Part shown: positions 19,646-28,170 of the stretch, piece by piece
Layout of the letters: each line of letters begins with the position of its first letter
How positions within the stretch are numbered: position 1 is the first letter of the stretch
Assembly (NCBI GenBank): GCA_964406895.1
Contig: CAYOTK010000003.1
Location: 9,529-73,528 of the forward strand
Direction of reading: 5' to 3'
Length of the DNA: 64,000 nucleotides
DNA from: an uncultured Candidatus Saccharibacteria bacterium
GTDB taxonomy: Bacteria > Patescibacteriota > Minisyncoccia > Phycocordibacterales > PALSA-1337
Notes under the pieces: generated by a model
The model's database searches: none
Seen by the model: only the letters and a program-made list of their open reading frames with translations
Told to the model about the DNA's origin: nothing
Position numbers and translations under genes: made by a program

Positions 19646-20341
19646 ATGACTTTAAGAAACAAATTTCGTATATTTCAATCTGATCATATTTTTATAGCCT
19701 TTACATATTTGATTTTAAGAAAGGTTATTGGAATTTTGATACGATTGTTTTTTGTTAAATCTGTTAATGGTTTACAAAACATTTCTTTGCACGGCAGTTC
19801 AATAATTGTATTCAATCATCAGAGTTATATGGATTTCTTGTGTTTTGCATCTGTAGCTCCAAGGAATATACACTTCTTATCCGCTGAAAAATTCTTTGAA
19901 CACAAATTATGGAGAATACTGATGGTATTAACCGGGCAAATTAAAGTAGATCGCTTTTTGCATGATAAGAGTGTTAGTTATAAAGCAGTTGCTGATCATG
20001 TCAATAAGGGTAAGGTGATTGGTATATTTCCAGAAGGCACTCGTTCACCGCACGAAAATCATATGCTTAAGTTTTACACTGGTGCAGTAAGATTTGCATT
20101 ACATCACAAGGTGCCTATTATTCCAGTTGGAATTGTTGGAACTTTTAAAGTCTGGCCTAAACATTTAAAATTTCCTAAAATAAAAAAAATTGTAGAAATA
20201 AATATTGGCAAACCGATGACTTTCTTTGAACATTATGGCAAACAAGAAGATGATGAATTATGTTCAAATATAATGAAAAAAGTGATAAGAGAAATTGAGT
20301 TATTGTCTGGTAAGAAATATCAATATTATGAAAACAAATAA
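19646..20341 (+). CDS. PlsC-type acyltransferase 2
   Basis: NHQSYMD (HX4D), IKVDR, IFPEGTRS, VPIIPVGI. Confidence 0.9.
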   Translation: MTLRNKFRIFQSDHIFIAFTYLILRKVIGILIRLFFVKSVNGLQNISLHGSSIIVFNHQSYMDFLCFASVAPRNIHFLSAEKFFEHKLWRILMVLTGQIKVDRFLHDKSVSYKAVADHVNKGKVIGIFPEGTRSPHENHMLKFYTGAVRFALHHKVPIIPVGIVGTFKVWPKHLKFPKIKKIVEINIGKPMTFFEHYGKQEDDELCSNIMKKVIREIELLSGKKYQYYENK

Positions 20342-20984
20342 AATTCTTTTTGTAGATCTAGATGGAACCTTAATAGACTGCCAGACGCAAAAGGAGTTTT
20401 TGCATTTTTTGTATAAAAAAGGTGTAATAGCGTTAAATACGTATATTAGAATCTTATACTATTTTTTATTATATCGTTTAAACTTAATAAATAATTCTGA
20501 ACGCTTATATGGAGAAGCCGTTGTTTGGTTGAAGAATATGAACGTAGATTTGATCAATTTATACGTAGATGAATTTTTTAATTTAGTAAGGCCGAAGATT
20601 TTTTTGAATAGTACTCGACTCATTGATCAATATAAAAATATGAATTATAAGGTGGTCTTATTGTCTAGTGGTGTTGATGCTGTGGTAAATAAGTTCGCAT
20701 CATTTTTTTGTGTTGATGATTTAATATGCACGAAACTTGAAGTGATAAATGGGTTTTATAGTGGTAAAATTTCTGGCAGGGCAATTTATGGATATATTAA
20801 AGCTACATCTATGAAAGAGTATATAAATGAATTTAAAAATGATGTATATACTGTAGCTATCGCTGATCATGCAAGTGATATCCCATTACTTAGAAATGCG
20901 GATGAATCATATTTAGTTAATCCAACTAACAAATTGTTAAAATTAGCATCGGCTTATCAATTTGGTATAATTGAAATGAAATAA
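20328..20984 (+). CDS. HAD-IB (SerB-like) phosphatase
   Basis: DLDGTL motif I, LLSSG motif II, K motif III, ADHASD motif IV; overlaps the upstream stop. Confidence 0.88.
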   Translation: MKTNKILFVDLDGTLIDCQTQKEFLHFLYKKGVIALNTYIRILYYFLLYRLNLINNSERLYGEAVVWLKNMNVDLINLYVDEFFNLVRPKIFLNSTRLIDQYKNMNYKVVLLSSGVDAVVNKFASFFCVDDLICTKLEVINGFYSGKISGRAIYGYIKATSMKEYINEFKNDVYTVAIADHASDIPLLRNADESYLVNPTNKLLKLASAYQFGIIEMK

Positions 20985-20987
20985 TAT

Positions 20988-22589
20988 ATGAATTTGTTTT
21001 CTATATCATCAGTTATATTATGTCTTAGTGGTATTGTTTTTAGTTTTATAATATATAGGACGGACAGTAAAAACAAAATAAATAGGGCCTGGTTTTATTC
21101 ATGTATCAGTTTTTCAATATGGGCATTAAGTTTGTCGGGCGTTACATTGGCAAAAACAATTGAAACTGCGTTTTTCTGGCAAAAAATTTTAGATGTATCC
21201 GCAATTTTTTTACCTTACTTGTACTTGGTATTCGTATTAAAATTATTAAAAATAGAGTGGAAATTCATTAAACGATTTCTATTTGTTTGTGTAATACTGT
21301 TAAGTATATTCAGTTTTACTAGTCAGTTTAAAATTGGCATGAAATATGAATACGATTTCTTTTGGGTAGATGCCGGTAAATATTATTTCATGTTCTTAGA
21401 ATATTTTATATTTTATGCCATTTTGTGTATGGGACTGCTTTTTTATGGATATTTTAAATCGGAAAAAAATAGTGTTGCTCGATTTCAAATAAGAAATACA
21501 ATCTTAGGAGGTATTATTGGTTATGGTGGAGGGGTTACAAATTTTTTTCCTCAGCTTTTTAGTATATATCCATATGGTAATTATCTTGTGATTCTTTATA
21601 TAGTTGTCATGGTTTATGGTGTTTTAAGATATAAATTGCTAAGCGCTAAGGTTATAAGTGCACAAATTTTTTCAGTTTCTCTAATCCTAATTTCCTTGTT
21701 TAGTTTACTCAAGACAACCTCTACAGGAGACTGGCTAATAAATTTCTTAATTTTTGTCCTTGTTATAATCTTCAGTATATTTCTTAATAGTAGTGTTAAG
21801 CAGGAAATTAAATCTAGAGAAAAGGCTGAAATCCTCGCCTCCGATCTCGAGACCAGTAACAAGCACTTGGTGGACCTGAATAAACAAAAATCAGAATTCG
21901 TATCGTTTGCAACGCATCAGTTGAGAGCACCGCTTACAGCCATGAAAGGATATGCCTCACTTCTTCTTGAAGGTGATATGGGCAAGCTTGAACCTGAATC
22001 GAGAGTCGGTATTTCCAGGATATTCGAGGCTTCGAAGACACTCGCTAGCATTGTTGAAGATTACCTGAATTTGACTCGAATTGAACTCGGTTCCATGAAA
22101 TATGCCTTCGATGCCGTAGATCTGAGATTACTTATCGAGAATGTTCTTGCTGAATTGAAACCATCAATTGATGAGAAGACAGAGGTCAAGTTTGCATATG
22201 ATTATGAGCGTATAGGCAGTACATATCGCATTACGGCTGATAAAGAGAAATTGAAACAAGTTATATCAAACATTATTGATAATGCATTGAAATATACACC
22301 GAGCGGAAAAGTTTCAGTGTATTTGGGTTTTGATAGATCGAAACATCGATTTATTTTGACTGTAGAGGATACAGGTATAGGTATATCAAAAGATATATTA
22401 CCGAGATTATTTATGAAATTTAGTCGTGCAGATAATGCCAATATGACAAATATTAAGGGCACAGGCTTGGGCCTCTATGTCGCTAGAGAAATTATGAATG
22501 CGCACGGTGGTACTATTGATGCAAAATCAGAAGGTGAGGGGAAGGGGTCGAAATTTATCCTAGAATTTGAACCTTTGGTAACAGCATAA
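20988..22589 (+). CDS. sensor histidine kinase 2 with N-terminal 7TM-type membrane domain
   Basis: Multi-TM N-terminus, H box THQLRAP, DNALKY, EDTGIGI, GTGLGL. Confidence 0.92.
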   Translation: MNLFSISSVILCLSGIVFSFIIYRTDSKNKINRAWFYSCISFSIWALSLSGVTLAKTIETAFFWQKILDVSAIFLPYLYLVFVLKLLKIEWKFIKRFLFVCVILLSIFSFTSQFKIGMKYEYDFFWVDAGKYYFMFLEYFIFYAILCMGLLFYGYFKSEKNSVARFQIRNTILGGIIGYGGGVTNFFPQLFSIYPYGNYLVILYIVVMVYGVLRYKLLSAKVISAQIFSVSLILISLFSLLKTTSTGDWLINFLIFVLVIIFSIFLNSSVKQEIKSREKAEILASDLETSNKHLVDLNKQKSEFVSFATHQLRAPLTAMKGYASLLLEGDMGKLEPESRVGISRIFEASKTLASIVEDYLNLTRIELGSMKYAFDAVDLRLLIENVLAELKPSIDEKTEVKFAYDYERIGSTYRITADKEKLKQVISNIIDNALKYTPSGKVSVYLGFDRSKHRFILTVEDTGIGISKDILPRLFMKFSRADNANMTNIKGTGLGLYVAREIMNAHGGTIDAKSEGEGKGSKFILEFEPLVTA

Positions 22590-22609
22590 ACCAGCCATAG
22601 ACGGTTGTG

Positions 22610-22637
22610 CGCTCCATGGTTTCGTCCAGTGGAGCGC
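22610..22637. terminator. hairpin between convergent genes
   Basis: GCGCTCCA/TGGAGCGC stem. Confidence 0.5.
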
Positions 22638-22640
22638 GGG

Positions 22641-22841
22641 TTAATCGTCGTGATGCCAACGCTCGTCTTCTTCCCGCTCCTTTTCTTCAAGAGCTGAAGC
22701 GACGTGATTGGCCCAATTGTTGCCACCTACATTTTTGTGTCTGACCGGCGACATCTTGTTACTTCCGTGGGAGGATCGAAACTCTTCTTGCATTCTTTTT
22801 ATAATTTCAGCTGGATCCTCATAGGGTTGTTCAGGTTTCAT
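22641..22841 (-). CDS. small hydrophilic hypothetical protein
   Basis: 66-aa ORF with TTGACA-16-TACAAT upstream. Confidence 0.55.
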   Translation of the reverse strand: MKPEQPYEDPAEIIKRMQEEFRSSHGSNKMSPVRHKNVGGNNWANHVASALEEKEREEDERWHHDD

Positions 22842-22962
22842 TTGTCCATGATTGTACGCTACTTAGTTTTTTTGTCAAATGTGGATAAACTACAATTTAT
22901 GTTGCATAAAAACTATTTATATATGTTACAATTATGTTAAATATATCTAAATAAATAAAAAA

Positions 22963-24315
22963 ATGAAATTAAAAAACCACATTTATTCATATGTAACTAT
23001 ATTACTATTTGCATTCATTACGATATTTTCAGTGAATACAAAAACAGCCTCAGCTCTCACGGTTGCAAACGTTATGGGTTATGCTTGGTCCTCCAACATC
23101 GGTTGGATTAGTTTCAGTTCTGATAATATAACCTTAGGTCCGACTCCAACGCCAACATCAGGTGGCTCTGCCCCAACTCCATACCAAGTAAAAGTCAGAG
23201 CTTCTGGAACTACCGGCATCTTCGAAGGTTATGCATGGTCGTCCAACATTGGTTGGATTAGTTTCAATTCTGCAGATATCGTGGCTGCTGGTTGTTCATC
23301 GTCTGCTAGTGATGTCGCCACCATAAAAGATTTCAAAACAGGAGAGATCGCTGGATGGGCAGTGGCTCTTGCTGGTTCTGGTAGAACTGATGGCTGGGAT
23401 GGATGTATCAAACTTGCAGGCACCAATCATCTTTCATTGAATACGGCAACAGCTCTTATTAACGGTACTAGATATAACATCGGTGGCGTTCGCTATGATC
23501 CTGCAAGCGGCACCATAAAAGGTTTTGCATGGGGAGGTAATGTCGTTGGTTGGGTCAATTTTGATACTTCTTCCGTGATAAATACAGAAACAGTCAAATG
23601 TAAAGATTGCGTGAAGATTCAGCCTATTGCGTTTTCAGCCACATGTACAACATCATCTAGTGTTTCAGGCGTAGCTCCATTGTCTGTTACTTTTTCAGCC
23701 AATCCAAATCCTAGTTCAGGTTCCTATTCTTATTCTTGGTATCTTATAGGCCAGAATTCAATAGCTCCAGGAAATACATCTACAATTTCATTTACTTATA
23801 GCACGCCAGGTACTTATAATCCGATTGTTCTCGTGGCAGATACTGCTGTAGATCCAACTAATCAATATGCTGCCGCTTGTCCTACAATTACCGTTACAGC
23901 TCCACCTGCTACTCAAACACTTAATCTTTACTTGGTCCCGAATGTTTCCAGTCCAACTGCTGCTCCAAATACAACTCAGCTTTCAAGTGCCAGAAGTGCA
24001 CCTGCTGATAACATCATAACTATGAGAAGGGGAAGTGTGGCGCTCATGGGGTTGGATGTTGCGGGGTATTCGGATTGTATTCCATTTAATGCCGGTGGAG
24101 TAACCAGTTGGAACAAAATTTTTCCCGATCAAAATGTTGACGAACTAATTACGAACGATTTGCAAAATGGTAAATTCGTAAGCATTGATACTTCAAAAGT
24201 ATCTTCAGGTATCGTATATACTGCGCGTATAATATGTGTGGAAGATTCGACAATGCAATCAAAATTTGACTATGTTAATTTTAAAGTAACCTCGTCCGGA
24301 TTAAAAGAATTTTGA
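22963..24315 (+). CDS. secreted protein with GxAWxxxxGWI repeats and a PKD domain
   Basis: Signal peptide; GYAWSSNIGWISF twice, GFAWGGNVVGWVNF; GVAPLSVTFSA...TYSTPGTY (PKD). Confidence 0.8.
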   Translation: MKLKNHIYSYVTILLFAFITIFSVNTKTASALTVANVMGYAWSSNIGWISFSSDNITLGPTPTPTSGGSAPTPYQVKVRASGTTGIFEGYAWSSNIGWISFNSADIVAAGCSSSASDVATIKDFKTGEIAGWAVALAGSGRTDGWDGCIKLAGTNHLSLNTATALINGTRYNIGGVRYDPASGTIKGFAWGGNVVGWVNFDTSSVINTETVKCKDCVKIQPIAFSATCTTSSSVSGVAPLSVTFSANPNPSSGSYSYSWYLIGQNSIAPGNTSTISFTYSTPGTYNPIVLVADTAVDPTNQYAAACPTITVTAPPATQTLNLYLVPNVSSPTAAPNTTQLSSARSAPADNIITMRRGSVALMGLDVAGYSDCIPFNAGGVTSWNKIFPDQNVDELITNDLQNGKFVSIDTSKVSSGIVYTARIICVEDSTMQSKFDYVNFKVTSSGLKEF

Positions 24316-24330
24316 TTCATATTGCAGTAA

Positions 24331-24359
24331 GCAAAAAGGCTCGACCAGTGGTCGAGCCT
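24331..24359 (-). terminator. intrinsic terminator
   Basis: AGGCTCGACC/GGTCGAGCCT stem with an A tract on the + strand. Confidence 0.75.
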
Positions 24360-24386
24360 CGCGAAATGGAGCATGGGTAGGTTTGT

Positions 24387-25343
24387 TTACCTTCCCATCA
24401 GATGACCCCGCTGGGCGTTTGAAAGCCCCACAGGGGTAACCTTGAAAAACCTGAGAGTTTCCGGTTTCTCGACCAACAACTTCCACTGGTTCGACGTGCT
24501 TGCGCTCGTCATGCCATAACCCTCGAGGCTCCATTCTCGAAGATTAGTTGTCGATTCGACGATGAACCCTTGAAAAGGATCGCCTTTTACAATCACGGCG
24601 ATTCCCTCTAGAGATTTGACGATACCACTTTTGGGCTTTTCGAACTCAATCTCGAGCCCAGTGTTGCCATTGAACTTGTGGTACCGATCATTCTCCTGTA
24701 CGAAGATGGTAATCTTGTACACACTGCCGCAGGCAAATTCCCGACTAGTCCGCAGGTATTTCTCACCCACGATTTGGAGGTTTGTAGTCCCATCCAAGGA
24801 GTCGTAGTTTGTAATAACGACTCCACTTTGGTCGGAAACGATCATTCGTGCCCACGTGATTCCTGGCAAGGCCAGGATACTGAGATTCTCCTCAAGCCTC
24901 GGCGTGATCTCGCGCAAGACCTGTGGAATTGTGTAGTCGTTGCCGGCCTTGTCGTACTTAAACGTCGTAGCCGACTGAAACGAGACGGGGTTGTCGACAT
25001 CAACATCGGCCATCCCTGCCACGATCGTCAGGGGAAGTTCTTTGTTGACCGTATTTGTTTTCAACCCACTCTCTGCGACTTTGACGGCGTTTAACCGTAC
25101 CTTGTCGCAGAGATCGGCGAATCCCTTGATGGCATAGTAGTCGTAGGAAGACTTTCCCACAACCTTGCCATTTTGGAACATGGACACCCTAACAAAGTAT
25201 ACGTTAGAGGCCCAGTAGTCCTTCACCCAACTTTCCTCGCCCATTACGAGCCGAAGCGGAGTGACACCGTCTGCGAGCATCGTTCCCGAAAGAACGATGA
25301 AGGCGGTTACGAGGGCCGCCAGCCCTTTGGTCATGATCTTCAT
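24387..25343 (-). CDS. secreted hypothetical protein, GC-richer orphan
   Basis: ATG 25343 after a purine-rich SD region; signal peptide MKIMTKGLAALVTAFIVLSGTMLA; TTGCAT-17-TAAAAT promoter at 25478-25506. Confidence 0.75.
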   Translation of the reverse strand: MKIMTKGLAALVTAFIVLSGTMLADGVTPLRLVMGEESWVKDYWASNVYFVRVSMFQNGKVVGKSSYDYYAIKGFADLCDKVRLNAVKVAESGLKTNTVNKELPLTIVAGMADVDVDNPVSFQSATTFKYDKAGNDYTIPQVLREITPRLEENLSILALPGITWARMIVSDQSGVVITNYDSLDGTTNLQIVGEKYLRTSREFACGSVYKITIFVQENDRYHKFNGNTGLEIEFEKPKSGIVKSLEGIAVIVKGDPFQGFIVESTTNLREWSLEGYGMTSASTSNQWKLLVEKPETLRFFKVTPVGLSNAQRGHLMGR

Positions 25344-25562
25344 CGTCTTTCTTTCTCTCCCATCGCTGGGAGTTAGATTTTGTGGTTCCGACGTCTTCCG
25401 ACATCGTCGAATCCGTACGGCAACCATACCGTACTTCTTCAGGTTCTTCAGTTTTGAAAGAACCACCTTTCGACACTATTTTAACATACATAAAGATAAA
25501 ATGCAAGCAAGGGTATTTATCCACAATAAGCCTTAACAAGGCCTTGTCTCTATGGTTTAGTT

Positions 25563-26021
25563 TTATTGAGCCAAAACCTCCTCCACCGCCTTTTTAACAT
25601 CACCACCATCGGCTTTGGATGATAGTTCTTTCATCATCATGCCCACTATTTTGCCACTAGATTTGGGGTCGATAGGTCCAGCGGATTTCATTGAAGAGAC
25701 TTTTTCTTTGACTATGCGTAACACTTCTTCATAAGACATTTGTGCAGGCATGAATGTTTCTAGGATTGCGAGCTCGGCTTTTTCTTTTTGTACCAGATCT
25801 TGTCTGCCGCCTTTTTCGAATTGATCAATAGAATCTTTTCTTTGTTTTATGCTTTTCTTTATTAGAGCGAGAACTTTTTCATCGGGCAGGAATTCATCGC
25901 TGGATTTGAGTACGATGAGTTCATTCATGAATAAAGCATTCAAGCCTCGCAAAACATCGAGTCTCACTTGATCTCTCGACCTCATGGCATCTTTGATAAG
26001 TTCTTTGATTTGTTTATGCAT
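25563..26021 (-). CDS. GatB/YqeY domain protein
   Basis: IKDAMRSRD, KQRKDSIDQFEKGGRQDL, KADGGDV. Confidence 0.9.
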   Translation of the reverse strand: MHKQIKELIKDAMRSRDQVRLDVLRGLNALFMNELIVLKSSDEFLPDEKVLALIKKSIKQRKDSIDQFEKGGRQDLVQKEKAELAILETFMPAQMSYEEVLRIVKEKVSSMKSAGPIDPKSSGKIVGMMMKELSSKADGGDVKKAVEEVLAQ

Positions 26022-26079
26022 ATGTTTGTTTTTATATCTAAATACTAACATTTTTTGCAATTATTGTTATACTAGAGTT

Positions 26080-27180
26080 ATGCAGACAATACTCATCGTA
26101 TTAGTTTTTGTTGCTGTTGTCGTTAACATAGCCATTGCCTTTGGCTTTATTAGACGTGATAGGAAACACAATACAGACGATACCAAAGGTGACGATCAAG
26201 GCCTTAGACTTATTCTCGAACAAGTCAATGATTTGGGCAGAAATGTTGAACGCAAAATGTCTGATCTTGTGAGAACAGTTGATACCAAGATCTCTGATTC
26301 CAATCGAACAGTCCAAGAATCCATGCGCACACAACTAAGCGAGTCTGCTAGTCTCATCAAAGAAGTCACTCAAGGCTTGGTCAAACTAGACGAAACCAAT
26401 AAACAAGTAGTTTCTTTTGCTGATCAGTTACAGAATCTTCAAGACATACTGAAGAATCCGAAACACCGAGGTATTCTCGGAGAATATTATTTGGAAACAT
26501 TGCTTAGAAATGTTTTGGCCCCAGGACAATATTCTATGCAATATGCTTTCGCAAATGGTGAAATAGTCGATGCTGTAATCTTCGTAAAAGACAAAGTCAT
26601 ACCAGTTGATTCCAAATTTTCTCTCGAGAATTACAACAAATTAGCAGAGGAGAAAAATCCTGCCGAGAAAGAAAAGCTCGAGAAATTATTCGTAAATGAT
26701 CTCAAGAATCGTATTCAAGAAACTTCGAAATATATAAGACCAGAAGAGGGAACACTCGAGTTTGCATTCATGTTTATACCGCATGAAGCTATATATTATG
26801 ATCTTTTGGTCAACAAAATTGGCGCCATTACAGAAGAGACAGACAATTTGATACAAAGAGCTGCAAGTAAGTACAAAGTTATAATTGTTTCTCCGACTTC
26901 ATTCTTGGCATATTTGCAAACTGTTCTTCAAGGTCTCAAGGCTATGCAGATCGAGGAAACAGCAAAAGATATTATAAAGCGAGTTTCTGAACTTGGTATT
27001 CATCTCAAGAAATATGAGGAATATCATACGAGATTGGGCACTACTTTGGGTACGGTTGTCAATCATTACAATGGCTCGAGCAAAGAATTGAAGAAGATAG
27101 ATAAGGACGTGCTTAGAATTACCGGTTCAAGCCCGGAAATAGACGTTCCTATACTAGATAGGCCTGAAGAGGTTGCATAA
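26080..27180 (+). CDS. rmuC: DNA recombination protein RmuC
   Basis: N-terminal TM, RGILGE, IPVDSKF, FMFIPHEA, IVSPTS. Confidence 0.9.
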   Translation: MQTILIVLVFVAVVVNIAIAFGFIRRDRKHNTDDTKGDDQGLRLILEQVNDLGRNVERKMSDLVRTVDTKISDSNRTVQESMRTQLSESASLIKEVTQGLVKLDETNKQVVSFADQLQNLQDILKNPKHRGILGEYYLETLLRNVLAPGQYSMQYAFANGEIVDAVIFVKDKVIPVDSKFSLENYNKLAEEKNPAEKEKLEKLFVNDLKNRIQETSKYIRPEEGTLEFAFMFIPHEAIYYDLLVNKIGAITEETDNLIQRAASKYKVIIVSPTSFLAYLQTVLQGLKAMQIEETAKDIIKRVSELGIHLKKYEEYHTRLGTTLGTVVNHYNGSSKELKKIDKDVLRITGSSPEIDVPILDRPEEVA

Positions 27181-27211
27181 CCTTAATATTCGTGTATAAT
27201 AGGCTTTACTT

Positions 27212-27529
27212 ATGGAATTTGCAGTTATACAAACAGGAGGTAAGCAATATACAGTCTCAAAGGGCGATGTTGTTGTTATTGAGAAGATAAAAGGTGACTT
27301 CAAAGTCGGAGACAAGGTTGTTTTCGACAAAGTCCTTCTTGTTGATGATGGCAAAGACACAACTATTGGTACTCCTTACATAAAAGACGCTTCAGTCAAG
27401 GCAACTATTACTGATATCGGCAGACATGACAAGGTTGTCGTTGTTCACTACAAACAAAAGAGTCGTTATTTCAAGAAAAATGGTCATCGTCAACCTTTCT
27501 TCAAGGTCAAGATAGATTCTCTCAAATAA
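27212..27529 (+). CDS. rplU: 50S ribosomal protein L21
   Basis: FAVIQTGGKQY, GHRQPF. Confidence 0.97.
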   Translation: MEFAVIQTGGKQYTVSKGDVVVIEKIKGDFKVGDKVVFDKVLLVDDGKDTTIGTPYIKDASVKATITDIGRHDKVVVVHYKQKSRYFKKNGHRQPFFKVKIDSLK

Positions 27530-27542
27530 TATTTCGTAGTTT

Positions 27543-28169
27543 TTATTTTCGGTTTTCTAAGGCACTTCTCAGTGTCTCTGGATCAGCATATTCAATCTCT
27601 GCGCCAGTAGAAAGCCCTCGACCCAAAATTGATATTTTCATATTTCGGTGAGTATTCTCCAAAACCTTTTGAATAGATTCTTTTATGATAGTACAAGTGT
27701 GCTCACCATCGGGAGTCGTACTCATAGACAGAATAACCTCAACGATGCTCTGATTGGCATTTATATGTTCAAGTAGTTTGAATAGTCTGATTCTTTTGTC
27801 TGGTTCTTTGTCTAGAATGGGTACAACCCCACCGACAATGAAATACAAACCGTCATAGACGGCGCTTTTTTCTATTGATTCAAAATCCGACTCTGTGCTG
27901 ACAACCATGAGTTTGCTCGAATCTCGATTTGTATTTGAACAGACATTACATAGTCCTGAATTAGAAATTTTTTCACTGGCGTCAATGAATATTCTCTGGC
28001 ATGAATTGCATTGTTTGGCTGATTTTTTTAGTTCTGATAACAGGCTTACCAATTCTTGCGAGAATGAATTGGGTCTAGATAATATGAAATGAACAAATCG
28101 TTTCGCTTGGCGCGGACCGATGCCAGGGAATGAAGAAAAAATTTGTTCTAATTTGCGCAACGAGTCCAT
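27543..28169 (-). CDS. recR: recombination mediator RecR
   Basis: FPGIGPRQAKR, C4 zinc motif, TOPRIM region, GLSTGAEIEYAD. Confidence 0.93.
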   Translation of the reverse strand: MDSLRKLEQIFSSFPGIGPRQAKRFVHFILSRPNSFSQELVSLLSELKKSAKQCNSCQRIFIDASEKISNSGLCNVCSNTNRDSSKLMVVSTESDFESIEKSAVYDGLYFIVGGVVPILDKEPDKRIRLFKLLEHINANQSIVEVILSMSTTPDGEHTCTIIKESIQKVLENTHRNMKISILGRGLSTGAEIEYADPETLRSALENRK

Positions 28170-28170
28170 T

